From Oculina patagonica (lineage: Eukaryota), in contig NC_135760.1 of the NCBI RefSeq assembly GCF_052425735.1, positions 5,890,001-5,954,000 of the forward strand: 64,000 nucleotides of DNA. Reading direction: 5' to 3'. This document shows positions 11,535 to 24,100 of the stretch, one piece after another. Below the pieces are notes generated by a model that saw only the letters and a program-made list of their open reading frames with translations, was not told the origin of the DNA and searched no databases. The position numbers and the translations under genes are program-made. The first letter of the stretch is position 1. Every line of letters starts with the position of its first letter.

Positions 11535-14500
11535 GTTTGAGAAAGAAAAAGTAACAAGGGGCAAAAACGAAATAGTCTGTTTTACTCTACCAATTGCCCT
11601 TTATGAAATGTCGAAAGGGGTAAGGAATTATCCCTTATATTACTTTTCTTTTAATCCACCAAACACCGGGCAGTCGATCTATCTAAATATTCTAAATTGT
11701 TTTCTTTTATTTAAAGCCGAATGGACCCCTGTCGAAAGTGAAAATTTAATTAAAGTAGAAATACGTGTCACTTCTGGAGCTACGTAAAAAAGGCAACATC
11801 CTCAATTTTATTGATGGTTTATACACGTTTTTATTTCGTCAGGTAGCGAAAAGGAGGTTTTATTTTGTCTTCAAAAGGATATAAAAGAGCAAGGATAGTA
11901 AGGATCTGGACCTTGGGTTGAGCTCATGGGGGGTACTCGGGATTTCAAATGACGGGTATGATCGAATGGGAGCGAAAATCATGACCCAAAAAAATCCCTG
12001 AGGCTTCCAACAAAACCCAAAAAAACCCTGGACCAAAAACCAACCCCCAAAAAATCCCATTTCAAATTTCTAAGCCACGAAATAAATCAGAAAGGGGGAA
12101 TATAAGATATAACACACAAAAAAAAACACATTAGAAACACGTTGAGTGTTTGTACTTTATTCACAGAACTATGTGGTCAAAGCATTGCCACGAATTTTGA
12201 GATTGTTTGTAATACCCCCAAAAATCCCTAGTTAAATCAAGCCACCCAATAATATACTTGCCAAATTTTGCTACCCAAAAAAATCCCGGAATCGAAAATT
12301 TCAAACCCAAAAAAATCCTTCGATCATCCCCGTAACTTTAAATCCCGAATGCCCCCCCCCCCCCAACTGGGGGGTTGAGTGCCTTCGGTGAGGTGTAGCG
12401 GAGAGGGGGAGGGGTGATGGAGTGGGTTCAGTTTGCACTTGCGATAACAATATTATTTTGGACAAGACGTTGCCGCTCAGAAATGATTTGCCGTTAATTT
12501 AACCTTTGGTTGTTTGCATATTGTAAAACAACTGCTGTAGAGGCTTCTATTTTGATTGTTTTTCGTCGAAACTGTGCCATAATCCCCCTACTTGTTTTAG
12601 GTAGATGGAAAGGGTCGAAAAGAATTTCAACTTGAGAAACTCTGCCGAAATTTTTCACGTTCTCACTAAAGTTCTCACATTTTTTTCCGAAAAGGATCAT
12701 AATTGTTCTTTTTTCAACAACTCGGCTGGGTTATTTTTAAAAGAACAATCATGATCGGTTTTGGAAACAAAAATGCGAGAACTTTAATGAGAACTTGAAA
12801 AATTCCGGCGGAGTTTTTCAAGTTGAAATTCATTTCGACCCTTTCCATCCACTTCCCCTTAAACACAAAACAATTAATTTAGACGTCCTGATCTTTCAAA
12901 TCATCGTGTTTTTTTATTTCATTTATGGCAATCGTGAGCAAAAACCTACCGAGTGACTAGTACGAAAGCGATTGCGTGACACGCAAGTTTCAAATTAGTC
13001 AACATGTCATCGGAGAACAACAGTTTGTCTGGTTTGTTTCCGACCATGAAGAACTGAACGGACCGGCATTTCGGTCGAGAAATCAAAGGATTGATACAAG
13101 AAGGGTATATTTATTCGACGGTTGTTTAACAAGAGATGGGAATATATCATGGCAGACCTGAAAGTGGTCGAATGTTGAATGTCAACACGGAGATGTACTG
13201 AAGTTGTCGACAGCACGCTTGAAGACTGATCGATATTAAAGATGGCGATAGCATTCGAAATTCGCTTTACCCTCGATATTTAGAAGATATGGTGTTCAGG
13301 ATGATCTTAACAGGGAGCTTCTGCTGTAGATTACATCTAAATACTAGTAGAAAACGGAGGAAAGACTCAGAAGAAGACGTTTTGGACTCTCAGGCCGGGA
13401 GAATGTGGGTATTGTTTACGTTTCAGTGACAGATAATTTTGTAATTATAAGTATTTTGAGAGCGTTCGCACTCAGCGCGTATAGAGAGCCCGAAATAAAT
13501 TTTTACACTAGGTTTTAGAATGGCATTTCCCCTTTCAAAATATCTGAAATTCAAGTTATTTAGAGTTTTACCGGGTAGAGTAATTCTCTCTCGAAAAAGA
13601 GCGCCAAATTAAGAATTTCGAGCAACCGAATTTTAGTGATTTTCAGCGGCTCGCCGTGACCTTCGCAATTAACTTACAGAAGAAAGATTGGACTCAAATG
13701 ACTTATAAACACTTCAATAGTCCATTTCTAGGCTCAAAAACGGGGTTTCATTTAATGCGAATGAGCCAGTGCGAAGTTTACGACACGGTGTTAGTCATGT
13801 TTATTTTGTGTGTTTTAGAAGACACTGGGGTTCATAACGGTTTTGTAAGTTTTTGACCGGTTGAAGAAATATTTGAAGAAAAAAATCCCACCACGTTTCT
13901 AGGCCTACCATAGGCTTTCTTTGGGCGGCATATCAAGAATTCTGATGTGCAACTTTTGTGCCACTTATTTTTGTTTTCGCGCGGTATTAGTGGATCTTTG
14001 CTCTTAATACCTGATTTTCAGTGTAAGACCGATGCCGACTGTGATCCGCGCCTAGAATGCTGCGGACGTTTAGTCGGCCGATGCATGCCTAAACCAGGAC
14101 CCTTTTGCCGTCCAAAGCCGTCTGTAAGTAATTCTAAAAGATATCAACAGTTTTAATCACGGGTTTGGGTATTTCTAGAGAGTAGTGACCATCCGAAGGA
14201 TCCAACAGTTTTAGTACCTCGATCTTTTATTTCCTGCAACCACCTGACGGGTATGAAAATTATGGTATCCTGTAGCTTGTGGCCATTCTGGCAACGCGGA
14301 CTGCAAAAACCATCAAGATATTACAATTCAGTAATATGCAACAACTTTAAAAATAATTTTCGAATGTTTGAGGACGCGCGGAAACAATTGCAACTTGTGA
14401 CGATTAGCTTCAATTTTTCAAACTGTAATCCATTATTTCCATCCAAAACATCCGCAGCCAAAAACGCTCATTAATAGATTCAGTGCTGTAATGTAGCAGT

Positions 14501-15841
14501 TGTTAATAAAAATGGGCATTTTGTATAGGCTTCCTACGACGAAAATACGGCAAATTTTGGCTATTAGAAAATCTGTTAAAATCAGTGACAAAGCCCTTTT
14601 AACCCACCGATAAGCTAATTTATAAACTTTCGCTAAATGTCCGAAGATACACCGTTGAAGATAACCCGAATATTTCTCAAAAGGATCCCACTAATAAGTC
14701 CCTTATTATCTGTTTTTCAGTGTAAGACCGATGCTGACTGTGCTCGAGGAGAATGCTGTCATAAGTTCGGGCTTTACAGTCGATGCAGGCCTAAAAGAGG
14801 ACTGTTTCAGTTTTGCCATCCAAAGTCTGTAAGTAATCCTGAAAGATATCAATTCTTGGTTTTCACGTGACGTCTTCAAAATTGTAAAAGCCTAAATCGC
14901 AAGACCCCTGAGTTGTTATTCTTCACTGGCTATTAGACGTCCTTAATATATATCTTGTTGAAGGTTTTTAGCTCGATAGCACTCGCCTTCTTTAAGATAG
15001 AACATTTTGAATTTCGGAGTCCCACGCCACATGCACGAGATCAAAGATAACTGCTAGAAGGCCGTCACGTTTGCGAGAAGTGTTTATGTGAATGTTTACT
15101 TCAGTCATGAGGGTCATCTGACCGCTTTTTGTAGCAGAATTTAATGCCAGATGATTTCATTGATTTCCGGCCGCCATGTTGGAGCCCAAGCAGTTGGGCT
15201 CCAACATGGCGTTTCCATACTGTGCTTTCTAAATTTGCGTAAAACATTTTTACGGATAACTCGAATACGAAATAACGTGCAGACCTGACACTTGGACAAG
15301 TAGTTTATATAATAGTTTTCTACAACCTGTAATACTAATGATTTTTTTGACTCAATGGTTTTGGATTTTTTTTTTTTTTGCGGCGTGACGCCTGGCGTGA
15401 CACTGGCGTAATAGTTAAACCACCTATAGTTTTAATTACGGTTAACTTTCCTTATTTCTACAGAGCAGTGTCCATCCGAAGGATCCAAATGCTTTTTATA
15501 AAAATCTCTCTGTACTTCCTGCAAGTAGAAAACTCTGTCATCTGGTAACAAATTGAAAACTCGTCTAGACGTACTGACACATCATGCATGCATAAATAAA
15601 GAAATCCCAGGCCAAACTAGATCTCTTAGATAAAAACTTACGTATCTTAAAACTAAACAGAAAAAAATTATCACACACGTTCGCCATTTTTCTTATTAGT
15701 TTTATGTTAATTTTCAAACAGACTTGCCTGCTTCGTTGTCAAGATCACCTCGAGTGTCGCTTCTTCAGATGTCGTCATCCCATCCCTCCTACGCCAACTA
15801 CTGTCGTGCCAACAACGAGTTCAATAACTGCTTCCGCCTAA
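6540..15841 (+). CDS. Cluster gene 2: signal peptide, 8 acidic repeats, KR, three 6-Cys exons, terminal 4-Cys exon. Exons 6540-6980, 7362-7454, 14022-14123, 14721-14828, 15722-15841.
   Basis: Exon 1 MKFALVLGLCLAFAFVVES-(FEDEAVLEGEQGKES-like)x8-NDKRRLGQR|gtgagt. Modules CRTHTDCDRRECCGRFRRCVPKIGLFCRPKF, CKTDADCDPRLECCGRLVGRCMPKPGPFCRPKPS and CKTDADCARGECCHKFGLYSRCRPKRGLFQFCHPKS. Last exon TCLLRCQDHLECRFFRCRHPIPPTPTTVVPTTSSITASA*. All junctions are canonical and phase 0. Confidence 0.85.
6592..6955 (+). repeat. Coding 45-bp minisatellite, 8 units (one is a 51-bp variant), encoding the acidic pro-region
   Basis: Unit approximately gaatcgtttgaagacgaggcagttttggaaggcgaacaaggaaag. Related arrays at about 21158-21520, 38622-38985 and 46367-46680. 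Confidence 0.95.
10390..10620 (+). mobile_element. Degenerate tRNA-derived SINE fragment (related minus-strand piece at about 2885-2990)
   Basis: B-box-like gtattcgagccctggccggg followed by ...ttgggcaagaca...cacagtgctgtctccaccaaggtgt core. Confidence 0.5.
11929..12365. mobile_element. MITE nested in the 6-kb element
   Basis: Imperfect TIRs gggggtactcgggatttcaaatgacgggtatgatcgaa / ttcgatcatccccgtaactttaaatcccgaatgccccc. Confidence 0.6.
14852..15428. mobile_element. Intronic repeat insertion shared by genes 2 and 5 (second copy about 41566-42143)
   Basis: Interrupts the conserved intron text gatatcaatag-ttttaattacgg at the same point in both genes; absent from the other module introns. Confidence 0.6.
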
Positions 15842-17176
15842 ACAATGACGCGCAAAGAAAAATGGTTGATCCTGACAAGAGATAAAATTTGTAGTTGTTA
15901 AATGTTATATGAGAATCTGTAAACCGTTAAATAAGCTGTTGTAAACGATTAATAAATATATAAACATGCAACTAAAGACAATTACTGTACGTACGGTGAA
16001 AGAAGTTTATTTTGTCCAGAAAAGTGCGTGCATATGAAGGGGTGTACATTTCGCAAGTACAAAATTTTAATGTGATGCCCTCGTGGCCACGCATTGACCA
16101 TGAACATGGGAGAATAGGTTTCAAAATGTTTCGTCGTTGTTGTTTCAGGACTCCCAGAGCCTATGAATTACTCCGCCAAATTAAAAGCATCCAAAAGTCC
16201 GTTTAAGTAGCCTTTGTTTTTGTGAATAGAGATTTTCCTCACTTGTTAACGTTTCGGCCAATTGCACAATTTCCTGATCTTAAGGCCCGTTTACACGCTA
16301 CGATTGGTCGACCCGATTTGGCCCAGATTTGACAAGAAAATGAGTGCGCATTCAAAAATCGGCCCACTTTCTTAAAAATCTGTTGCAGTGTCACAGATTT
16401 TAGTAAAAGAAAAGCCGGCCGACGAAGCGCATGCAGTGTGTAAATTTGCTTGGATATAATCGCGCGACAAATCGTAACGTTTAAACCGGCCTTTACCTGC
16501 TTTGACGCGTTCCTGCTTTGACATTGAGGAGAATGTGGAGTTCAAATCACGGAAACCCTTTATCGAGCGAAGAATGCCAAGAAACCTTCTTGGGAAATGA
16601 TCCTTCGCATAAAGCCATGATCGTTTGCCCTATATTTCGTTTAGCAAATGACAGGATTGTATGTTAGCAGTATAACGATACCGGCTCAAGGGGTCTGGGC
16701 TCTATATCTCAGACTTCGCGCGGACAACGGGGCAAGAGATAGCGCCTAGGGACTAGGCTACGCTATTTCACGTATTTTATATTTGCCGAAAATTTAGCTC
16801 CGGTAAACAAAATACATTTTGCAAGCATTTTTCTCGGCACGTATCAATCATGGAGTTATAAGAGAGAGCCTTTCCCACGAGGTTTCCTTGGCTTTCTTCT
16901 TCACTTGCGTGAATTTAATCCACGTTCTCAATTGCAAACTCTTGAAACCAACGCCTGAAGGTAAATTGTTATCGTCTTTGGTTTTGAAATTAAAATTTAT
17001 ATTATGTTTATACTTTTCCGATCTTGTCGCACGTTGCGGCCACACTTTAGATGCTGTTTTCGGTATGGTCACCCTGTTAGATTTTCCAGCGGCATTTTGA
17101 GAAGAACTTTGATTCACACGCTTTAAGCTGAAGAAAGCCAAGAAAACTTCTAGGTAGATAAATTACTATTTCTTAG

Positions 17177-17513
17177 GGCCCGCTTACATGGCGAATTTCA
17201 GCCCGGGTTGAACACTTTTAACACTGAATAATTATCGTGGCCGCCATTTTCTTTCGTTGAAAACCACCACTGCGCATCAATAAGCTCACTTTCAGCCCGA
17301 GCTGAAATTGAAAACGCGATTACATGAGGTTATTCAGCCCGGTTTCAAAAACCGGGCTGGAAATTTCAGCCCGGGCTGTAATTCGGCCCGGGAGGAAACT
17401 ATCTTCATGTAATCGCAAATGTCTTTTTAAGAAGATTTGGTCTGGAAGCCGAGCTGAAATATCTCAGCTCGAAAAACTGAAATTCGCCATGTAATCACAT
17501 TGTAATCGGGCCC
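17177..17513. mobile_element. MITE, PIF/Harbinger-like
   Basis: TTA-gggcccgcttaca...tgtaatcgggccc-TTA with internal ttcagcccgg repeats. Empty site ctatttcttaggcc at about 20595. Confidence 0.7.
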
Positions 17514-17991
17514 TTAGGCCGTATTCTTTTGCTGTGCTAAAGATTTCTCAAATAAATTACTTTTCGATTTTGATTGAAGAAAAATGGTTCTACGATGATT
17601 AACATTTTTTCTCACCCTCTTTCGTGACGCTGTCAAATTTTTTAATGTCGACTTTGCTTTCAGTAGCGTTTTATGATAGCTCAGCTTTCGATTTTGATTG
17701 TAGAATATGGTTCTGCGATCACGCAATCACGTGCTTTCATCATTCACTATAGCTTTTTAAGTGCTTGCTGTACATGCTTGTGTTAACTATCCCACTTTGT
17801 CACTCAGTGAAATGGTATTGACGTTCTTTTGTTTCTCACCTTGTTTTTTGGCAACACCGAATCTTTTGTTGACTTTGCTTAAGCGTTTTGTGATAGCTTT
17901 GCTTTAATTTTGATACAACAAAAACGCTTCTTCCTCTTCTACGATCCCGCAATCCACAGTGAATTACTGTTCGTGCACTCGAGAGAGCAAC

Positions 17992-18111
17992 ATGAAATTC
18001 GCGCTGTTTTGGAGGCTTTGCCTGGCGTTCGCTTTTGTGGTTGAATCGTTTGAAGAGACAGAAGTTTTGGGAGACGAGCAAGGAAATGGAAAACGCTCCT
18101 TGATTCAATGG
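17992..18111 (+). pseudogene. Orphan first exon of the family (gene 3): a truncated paralogue or an alternative first exon for gene 4
   Basis: MKFALFWRLCLAFAFVVESFEETEVLGDEQGNGKRSLIQW|gtaagt, phase 0, preceded by the family upstream block. No Cys exon found before the next exon 1 at 21106. Confidence 0.7.
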
Positions 18112-18559
18112 GTAAGTGTTTTCTGTTATAAGCAATAAACTATTAAAGTTAAGGCAAGCAATTAGCTGTTAGGCTGCTTATTTTTTCAGAAGAAAGTAAT
18201 TGTTAGGAAATTTAATTTGTCCATACCATTTTGTAATAGCTCCCAATTTTGCCCATTGCTTAAAATAACAACCGCGACATCCACAGTGTCACGATTATCT
18301 AGATCAGCTTATCTTTCCATATGATTGTACAAGGTTTAGTGTGGACGGTTAGAAACGGAAACTCACGGAAATGCTGACACATTTGCAATTGTAACTCAGT
18401 TAACTCAGTTCCCGCTCGCTTTCGGTGCATTTTAATATTTTTTTTAAGAATCTGAGACCTAAAATATGTTTTCAATAATGGAAATTAATTTTTCACGTTT
18501 TTAAAACAAGCTTGAATGCAAATGTAAATTAAAAATGCGAAGAATGCGGAAAGTCTGTA

Positions 18560-20037
18560 TAGTCCGGCGGCTTAGCTCGAAATTTTAGTTGAATTGTGCA
18601 CTTTTTGATACAAGTATGAAACTTGGCACAATGAAATTGGTCACCAACGAAAGTTTTTTCAGGTATAGTGCCAAGTCCGAAAACCAGCGGTTTCCATGGA
18701 AACCGTAATTTATTAAAATCAATGAAATTTCGTGAAATATTTGTTTGTCTATTGACTTTTATTATTGATCTCAAAATTAACCAAAATAATTAAATAAAAA
18801 AGAAAAGGACCAAAAAGGAATTGCGCGAACGGGAAAATAATGTTACCCATGCGAAGCGCAACCCTAAAAACTAGTAAGAATGGTGATAAAAAAAAATACA
18901 ATAAATCTAATTAATTACTTATAGTTAAAAATTATGGTTAAAAATGTAATTGATTACTTATAGCTAAAGTTAGAAAACAAATTGCAGATAATATTAGACA
19001 CAAAAATTAAGAGCGGTGGCAAGGGCAGTTACGGAAGAGGAACCAGGTGCAGGGCATGTCAGTATCATAGGTAGTGTCAAGTAAAGTAAAATAAGTGGCG
19101 CGCAGAAAATATTTGAATAAACTACTAGGAAATTTGTCGTGAGGGGCGAGATTACAGATAGTGTTCCAAGGTTTTACAATTCTATTGAAAAAAGAAGTTT
19201 GAAAAGTTGCGGTTTTACAGTAAGCGCATAAGCAGGTTTAAGTACGAGAGTGGGGTTCTTAGAGCGGGACCGGCCATGCGTGACTAAATAACATATCGAT
19301 CAATATTTAGGTCGGTGTATCCAGAAATACAGTTATCGAGAAATAAAAGATCTCTCAGTTCCCTGTCATATGTTAGTGGTAGCAAGCGAAGAGTCAGCAG
19401 TCGTTGTTTGTAAGACATCTTGCCGATTCTAGTTCTTAGTATCCAGCGAGTGGCGCGCTTTGGACTCTTTCTAGGATCGTTCTCAAATTGACACTAGCAG
19501 GAGCAGCTGGTGTATAGACAAATACTATTATGCCAGGTAGTGATACCAAGTCGCACGTACAAAATTTAGAATGAAATGCTGTAATTTAGACTGTTCACAG
19601 CCCTATATTTTCCTATTTTTCTTCTGTTAGCGAACGGTTCACCGATCGCGAAAGACCTGGAAGCTAGCGCAAAACGAAAGACGCAAGGGAGCAGAGGGCG
19701 GGGAACCAAAAATATTTTCCCATGCAATAATTTCCAACTAAATTATTGGTATAAAACAAATGGTAAAAAATAACAATTTTAAGCCTAATTTAAAGCATTC
19801 ATATCTGTATTTATGAATAAAAATCTACAATAAAAGGTTTATAAAAGTACAAGAAGAAGTACTTCGTGGGGGAGGGGCCTCTCGGCTGAAAATTTCATTG
19901 CTGTTTACTAGCTGAAAATGGGAAATTGGCGTTGGCACTATATCAAGAATTGATTAGTATGCGAATGCTTGTAATCCTGCAAAGTTTGGTGCTTGTATCA
20001 AAAATCGCACAATTTCAGGAGCTAAGCCGCCGGACTA
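18560..20037. mobile_element. Non-autonomous TIR element with TAG...CTA ends and a 3-bp GTA duplication (Academ-like)
   Basis: tagtccggcggcttagctc / gagctaagccgccggacta. GTA at 18557-18559 and 20038-20040. Confidence 0.7.
19000..19490 (-). mobile_element. 3' fragment of a CR1/L2-group LINE ORF2
   Basis: Minus strand reads LERVQ-(frameshift)-RATRWILRTRIGKMSYKQRLLTLRLLPLTYDRELRDLL, typical of the post-RT region. Confidence 0.7.
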
Positions 20038-21105
20038 GTAAAATGTGAAAGAAATATAAGGTACAAAAAATGAACGCATTACTAAACGAGTTATTAAAAA
20101 AACGAGCACAATTGAATGAATTGGGTTAGAGATTCACGCAATAAACCTGTTACTACGAACCCTGATACTCTGGGCGCAAAAACATTTAACAAAATAGAAT
20201 TTCAAATAAAGGCTAAAACTACTGTTTATTTAAAAAATATTCCACGTAGGTCCATATACAAATGTTAACTAAAAATGTGTTAAAAGCGTAAGAATGCGGA
20301 AAGTATGTAGAATGTACAAGAAAAATGGGGTACAAAAATAACTTTTTTACGGGGTCGTGTGTTCGTGTGCGAACCGTATACTATAAACGCAACGAATGAA
20401 AAATCGAGAGAACTTTTTAAAAGCCAAGTTTAAAACGTGTAAGATGCTTGCTTTTTCCATGACTTGTCAAACCAAACAAAGATTGGGAAAAATAACGTGC
20501 TTTTAAGGTGTCAAGCCAAGTATGCCATCACCATAGTTAATTTAATACTAACCCACGAACAAAATGTTTCCAACATTTCGAGGTAGATAAGTTACTATTT
20601 CTTAGGCCTTTTTTGGCTGCTTTTGATGTGCTAATAAAGCTGCATTTTAATAAATCAGCTTTCGATTTCGAATGAATAAAAATGGTTCTACGATCACGCA
20701 ATCACTTTAATTTTCTTAATGGAATTTTGCTTTTTTTCTCACCCTGTTTCGTGGCGCTGTCAAATTTTTTATTGTCGACTAATTGCTTTCAGTAGCGTTT
20801 CGTGATAGCTCAGCTTTCGATTTTGATTCTTGCTTGTAGATAATGGTTCTACGATCACGCAATCACGTGCTTTCATCATGAAAACTTTTTAACAGTGCTT
20901 GCTGTGTAACTACCCCACTTTGACACTGTCTGAAAATGGTATTGACATTCTTCTGTTTTCTCACCTTGTTTCTGGGCGCCACTGAATCTTTTGTTGACTT
21001 TGTTTTAGCGTTTTGTGCTAGCTCAGCTTTAATTGTGATACAACAAAAAAGCTTCCACGATCTCGCAATCCATGCACAGTGAATTCGTGCAGCAGAGAGA
21101 GCAAC

Positions 21106-24100
21106 ATGAAGCTCGCGCTGTTTTTGATTCTTTGTCTGGCGTTCGCCTTCGTGGTTGAATCGTTTGAAGAAGAGGCAGTTTTGGAAGGCGAACAAGGAAA
21201 GGAATCGTTTGAAGACGAGGCAGTTTTAGAAGGCGAACAAGGAAAGCAATCATTTGAAGACGAGGCAGTTTTGGCAGACGGGCGAGGAAAGGAATCGTTT
21301 GAAGACGAGGCAGTTAACGTTTTCGCAGACGAGCAAGGAAAGCAATCGTTTGAAGACGAGGCAGTTTTGGAAGGCGAACAAGGAAATGAATCATTTGATG
21401 ACGAGGTAGTTTTGGAAGACGAGCGAGGAAAGGAATCGTTTAAACACGGGGCAGTTTTTGCAGACGAGCTAGGAAAGGAGTCGTTTGAAGACGAGGCAGT
21501 TTTGGAAGGCGAACAAGGGAATGACAAACGTCGTCTTGGACAAAGGGTGAGTGTTTTTTCTTTGAAAAATATCAACTATAAAAAGACAGGAATCGATATC
21601 TGTCCATACTGTTTTGTTAACTCAAGCTTTTCGGAGCTTTATATAAACTATCTACCGCGAAATCCACAGTTACTCTACAAGGTTTTTAACCACATACAGC
21701 CAAAAATTAGGGACCGTTCATTTTTTATGGGGCAGGGGGGGGGGCTGGTGGGATTTGATAGATAGTCACTGTTATATATGATGGCCCCCCCTTTTTCAAC
21801 GAAAATTTTTACCTGGCCCCCCCTCGAAATCCAAATTTTTTTCGATGACCCCCCCCCCCAAAAAAAAAAAAAAAAACAATACTCAAGTGAAATTAAAATA
21901 TATCGACCCTTGTGACTAAAGAATGTATCAGTGTACAAAATCACAACCCCAAATAGCTGGCATTACCTCAATTGTTTATTGTGGATGCCATCTGTTAGTA
22001 TGGGTTGTCTGCATTTGTAACCAATATATAAGCTGTTGGGTTAAGTTAATGATGTTTGGTACATAACAAAGTAGGGGGGTCCGGGGGTATGCTCCCCCGG
22101 GGAAAAATTTGAATTTTCAGAACCTCAGGAATGTTATTTTGGGCATTCTGGCAAGCTTTTTAATCGGGCGTGGCCGATTTATAGTTTACCCTTTGGTCGT
22201 CCTACACGATAGTCTCCTGTCGGCTAAAAATGACGGGGATAGCCTGGACCAATCGGTTTCATTTCAGTTTTGACAGTAAATCGTTGTAGGTCGACTTTTG
22301 GGCTAATCTGCAATCTGGTTCTCTTCTTTGCTTCGGGGGGAGGACAGAGAAAAAAGCTTAAGGGGTAAAGTACTAATAATCACCATTGTGAAACTGTAGT
22401 TGCTTTGACAAGTTGAAGCTACTTTTGTAAATAAAAGGGCTAACGTCATTCATGCCACGCAATGTTTTTGTGGGAAACTTTGAAACTAGACGCTTTGCTG
22501 GTTTCTACAAATAGCAGTGTGATCTGGCGGTACAGTTTTTTGAGGCGGACTCCACTTTAAAACTATTTTTTTTATATATTTAGCAAGAAGTATGTCGATT
22601 TTCATTTCCGCACAGTTGGGCGTCAAAGTCGCCTGTCACAAAGAGTAGAATGTTTGCACAACTTGGTTTGGATATATTTTAGATTTGACTAGTGACGTTA
22701 GTAAGACACTTCTCAAGACGTCAGCAAAAAATTGGCAATGTACAGTATTGGTGTGAACTTGAATGGAATTTTTTACGAGATCAGTAAAGCTATCGAATGA
22801 AAAGATGACTTGAAAATGAAAACTTCGAATAATTATAATTAAATACCAATTGAATTTTAGATGAGAAATTCCGGAAGTGGCATCTGTGTTCAAAATAGGA
22901 ATTTTTGTACAACTTAAAGTTCCGAAAAAAAAAGACCACATGTTTTGTAAAAATCACAGACAAACATGATCAGGAAAACAAAACAGACCAATGGGTTTTA
23001 TTCACGAAAATACAACTTTCTTAAGAAAGAGTTTGTAAACAAGACAGTGGAATCGAATTACATTTCACACGAAATTTGCATACATTTGAACTTGCAAAAA
23101 AGAAGTATCTCTGCCGAGACATAATAGCGAGACCTTACATTAAAAATTATTGTATTCTGATCTGATTGTTATTTTTTATGCATTAACTATTTGAAAGTGG
23201 TTCTCATCGATGAAAACAAAACGGTCTTTCATTCACTGCTTGAAGTATTAAAAGACGTGAAAACATTCGCTTAATCAAATTACATTCTGCACGAAATATT
23301 TTGTATCCATTTGTCCCGAAATTTTGAGGAAATTGAAATCTTTGTGGACAGTACTGCCTAAAAGCAGTTCATAGAATTGAATAAAAAGATAAGAACCATA
23401 TTGATAAAGGAAATTTTATTTTGGCTCATTTTGACGAAATTCAGGATTTTCAAAGACTGCCAGTAAACGGCTGTATCTTGTCTGTCTCTAACGATTTTGC
23501 TACGGTTTCGAACGAGCTAATTTTTCAACATGATATCATGGTAGCGGGCAGAAGTCGGTTCGTTCTGAATTTTTCAATACGGTATACAAGTTACAGGTCA
23601 ATATACAGACCCTCTGTACAGTAAAAAACGTTTTGGGAACAAACCATTGTGAACTTATTTTCTATGTTGATCAGTAAAAATCCTTAGTACGACATGGGGT
23701 TTGTTATCAAGTTCGTTAATAAGTTAATACTGCAAGGTGTATAACCTCAGAGAATTATTATCAAGTGTGTTTTGTTTTATTAGCGGTTTATACTCTAAGG
23801 TCTTGGTATGGGAGATCAAAATTAAGGTAAATTTCTGTTATTATCTGATTGCTTGGAACAGATTAGAACGATACTGAATTGGTTAGGAAATATAAACAAA
23901 CATTAAATTGAATGAGAGTAGAAAGGGAGGGACAGGTGGGGGTGAAAGGCTAAGGAGATGGAAAGGGAGGGAGAATTAAAATCCATGCTTGGTTATATCA
24001 CGCAACCTTTGACTTCTGTTGTTTTCTCACAAGAACAAAACTTAAGGTGGGGTTCTAGCTGAATTTGAATGGAACTTTAAGAGATTTAAAGAAGGGATAA

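Larger units (their letters stand above)
7970..14003. mobile_element. About 6.0-kb non-autonomous DNA transposon with about 1.1-kb inverted repeats and a TTAA target site (Kolobok-like by its GA...TC ends), carrying nested MITE and SINE pieces
   Basis: TTAA at 7966-7969 and 14004-14007. Inverted arms about 7999-9090 and 12870-13965. The empty site caagtcccTTAAtacctgat is present in the paralogue at about 40711-40730. No transposase ORF seen. Confidence 0.85.
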
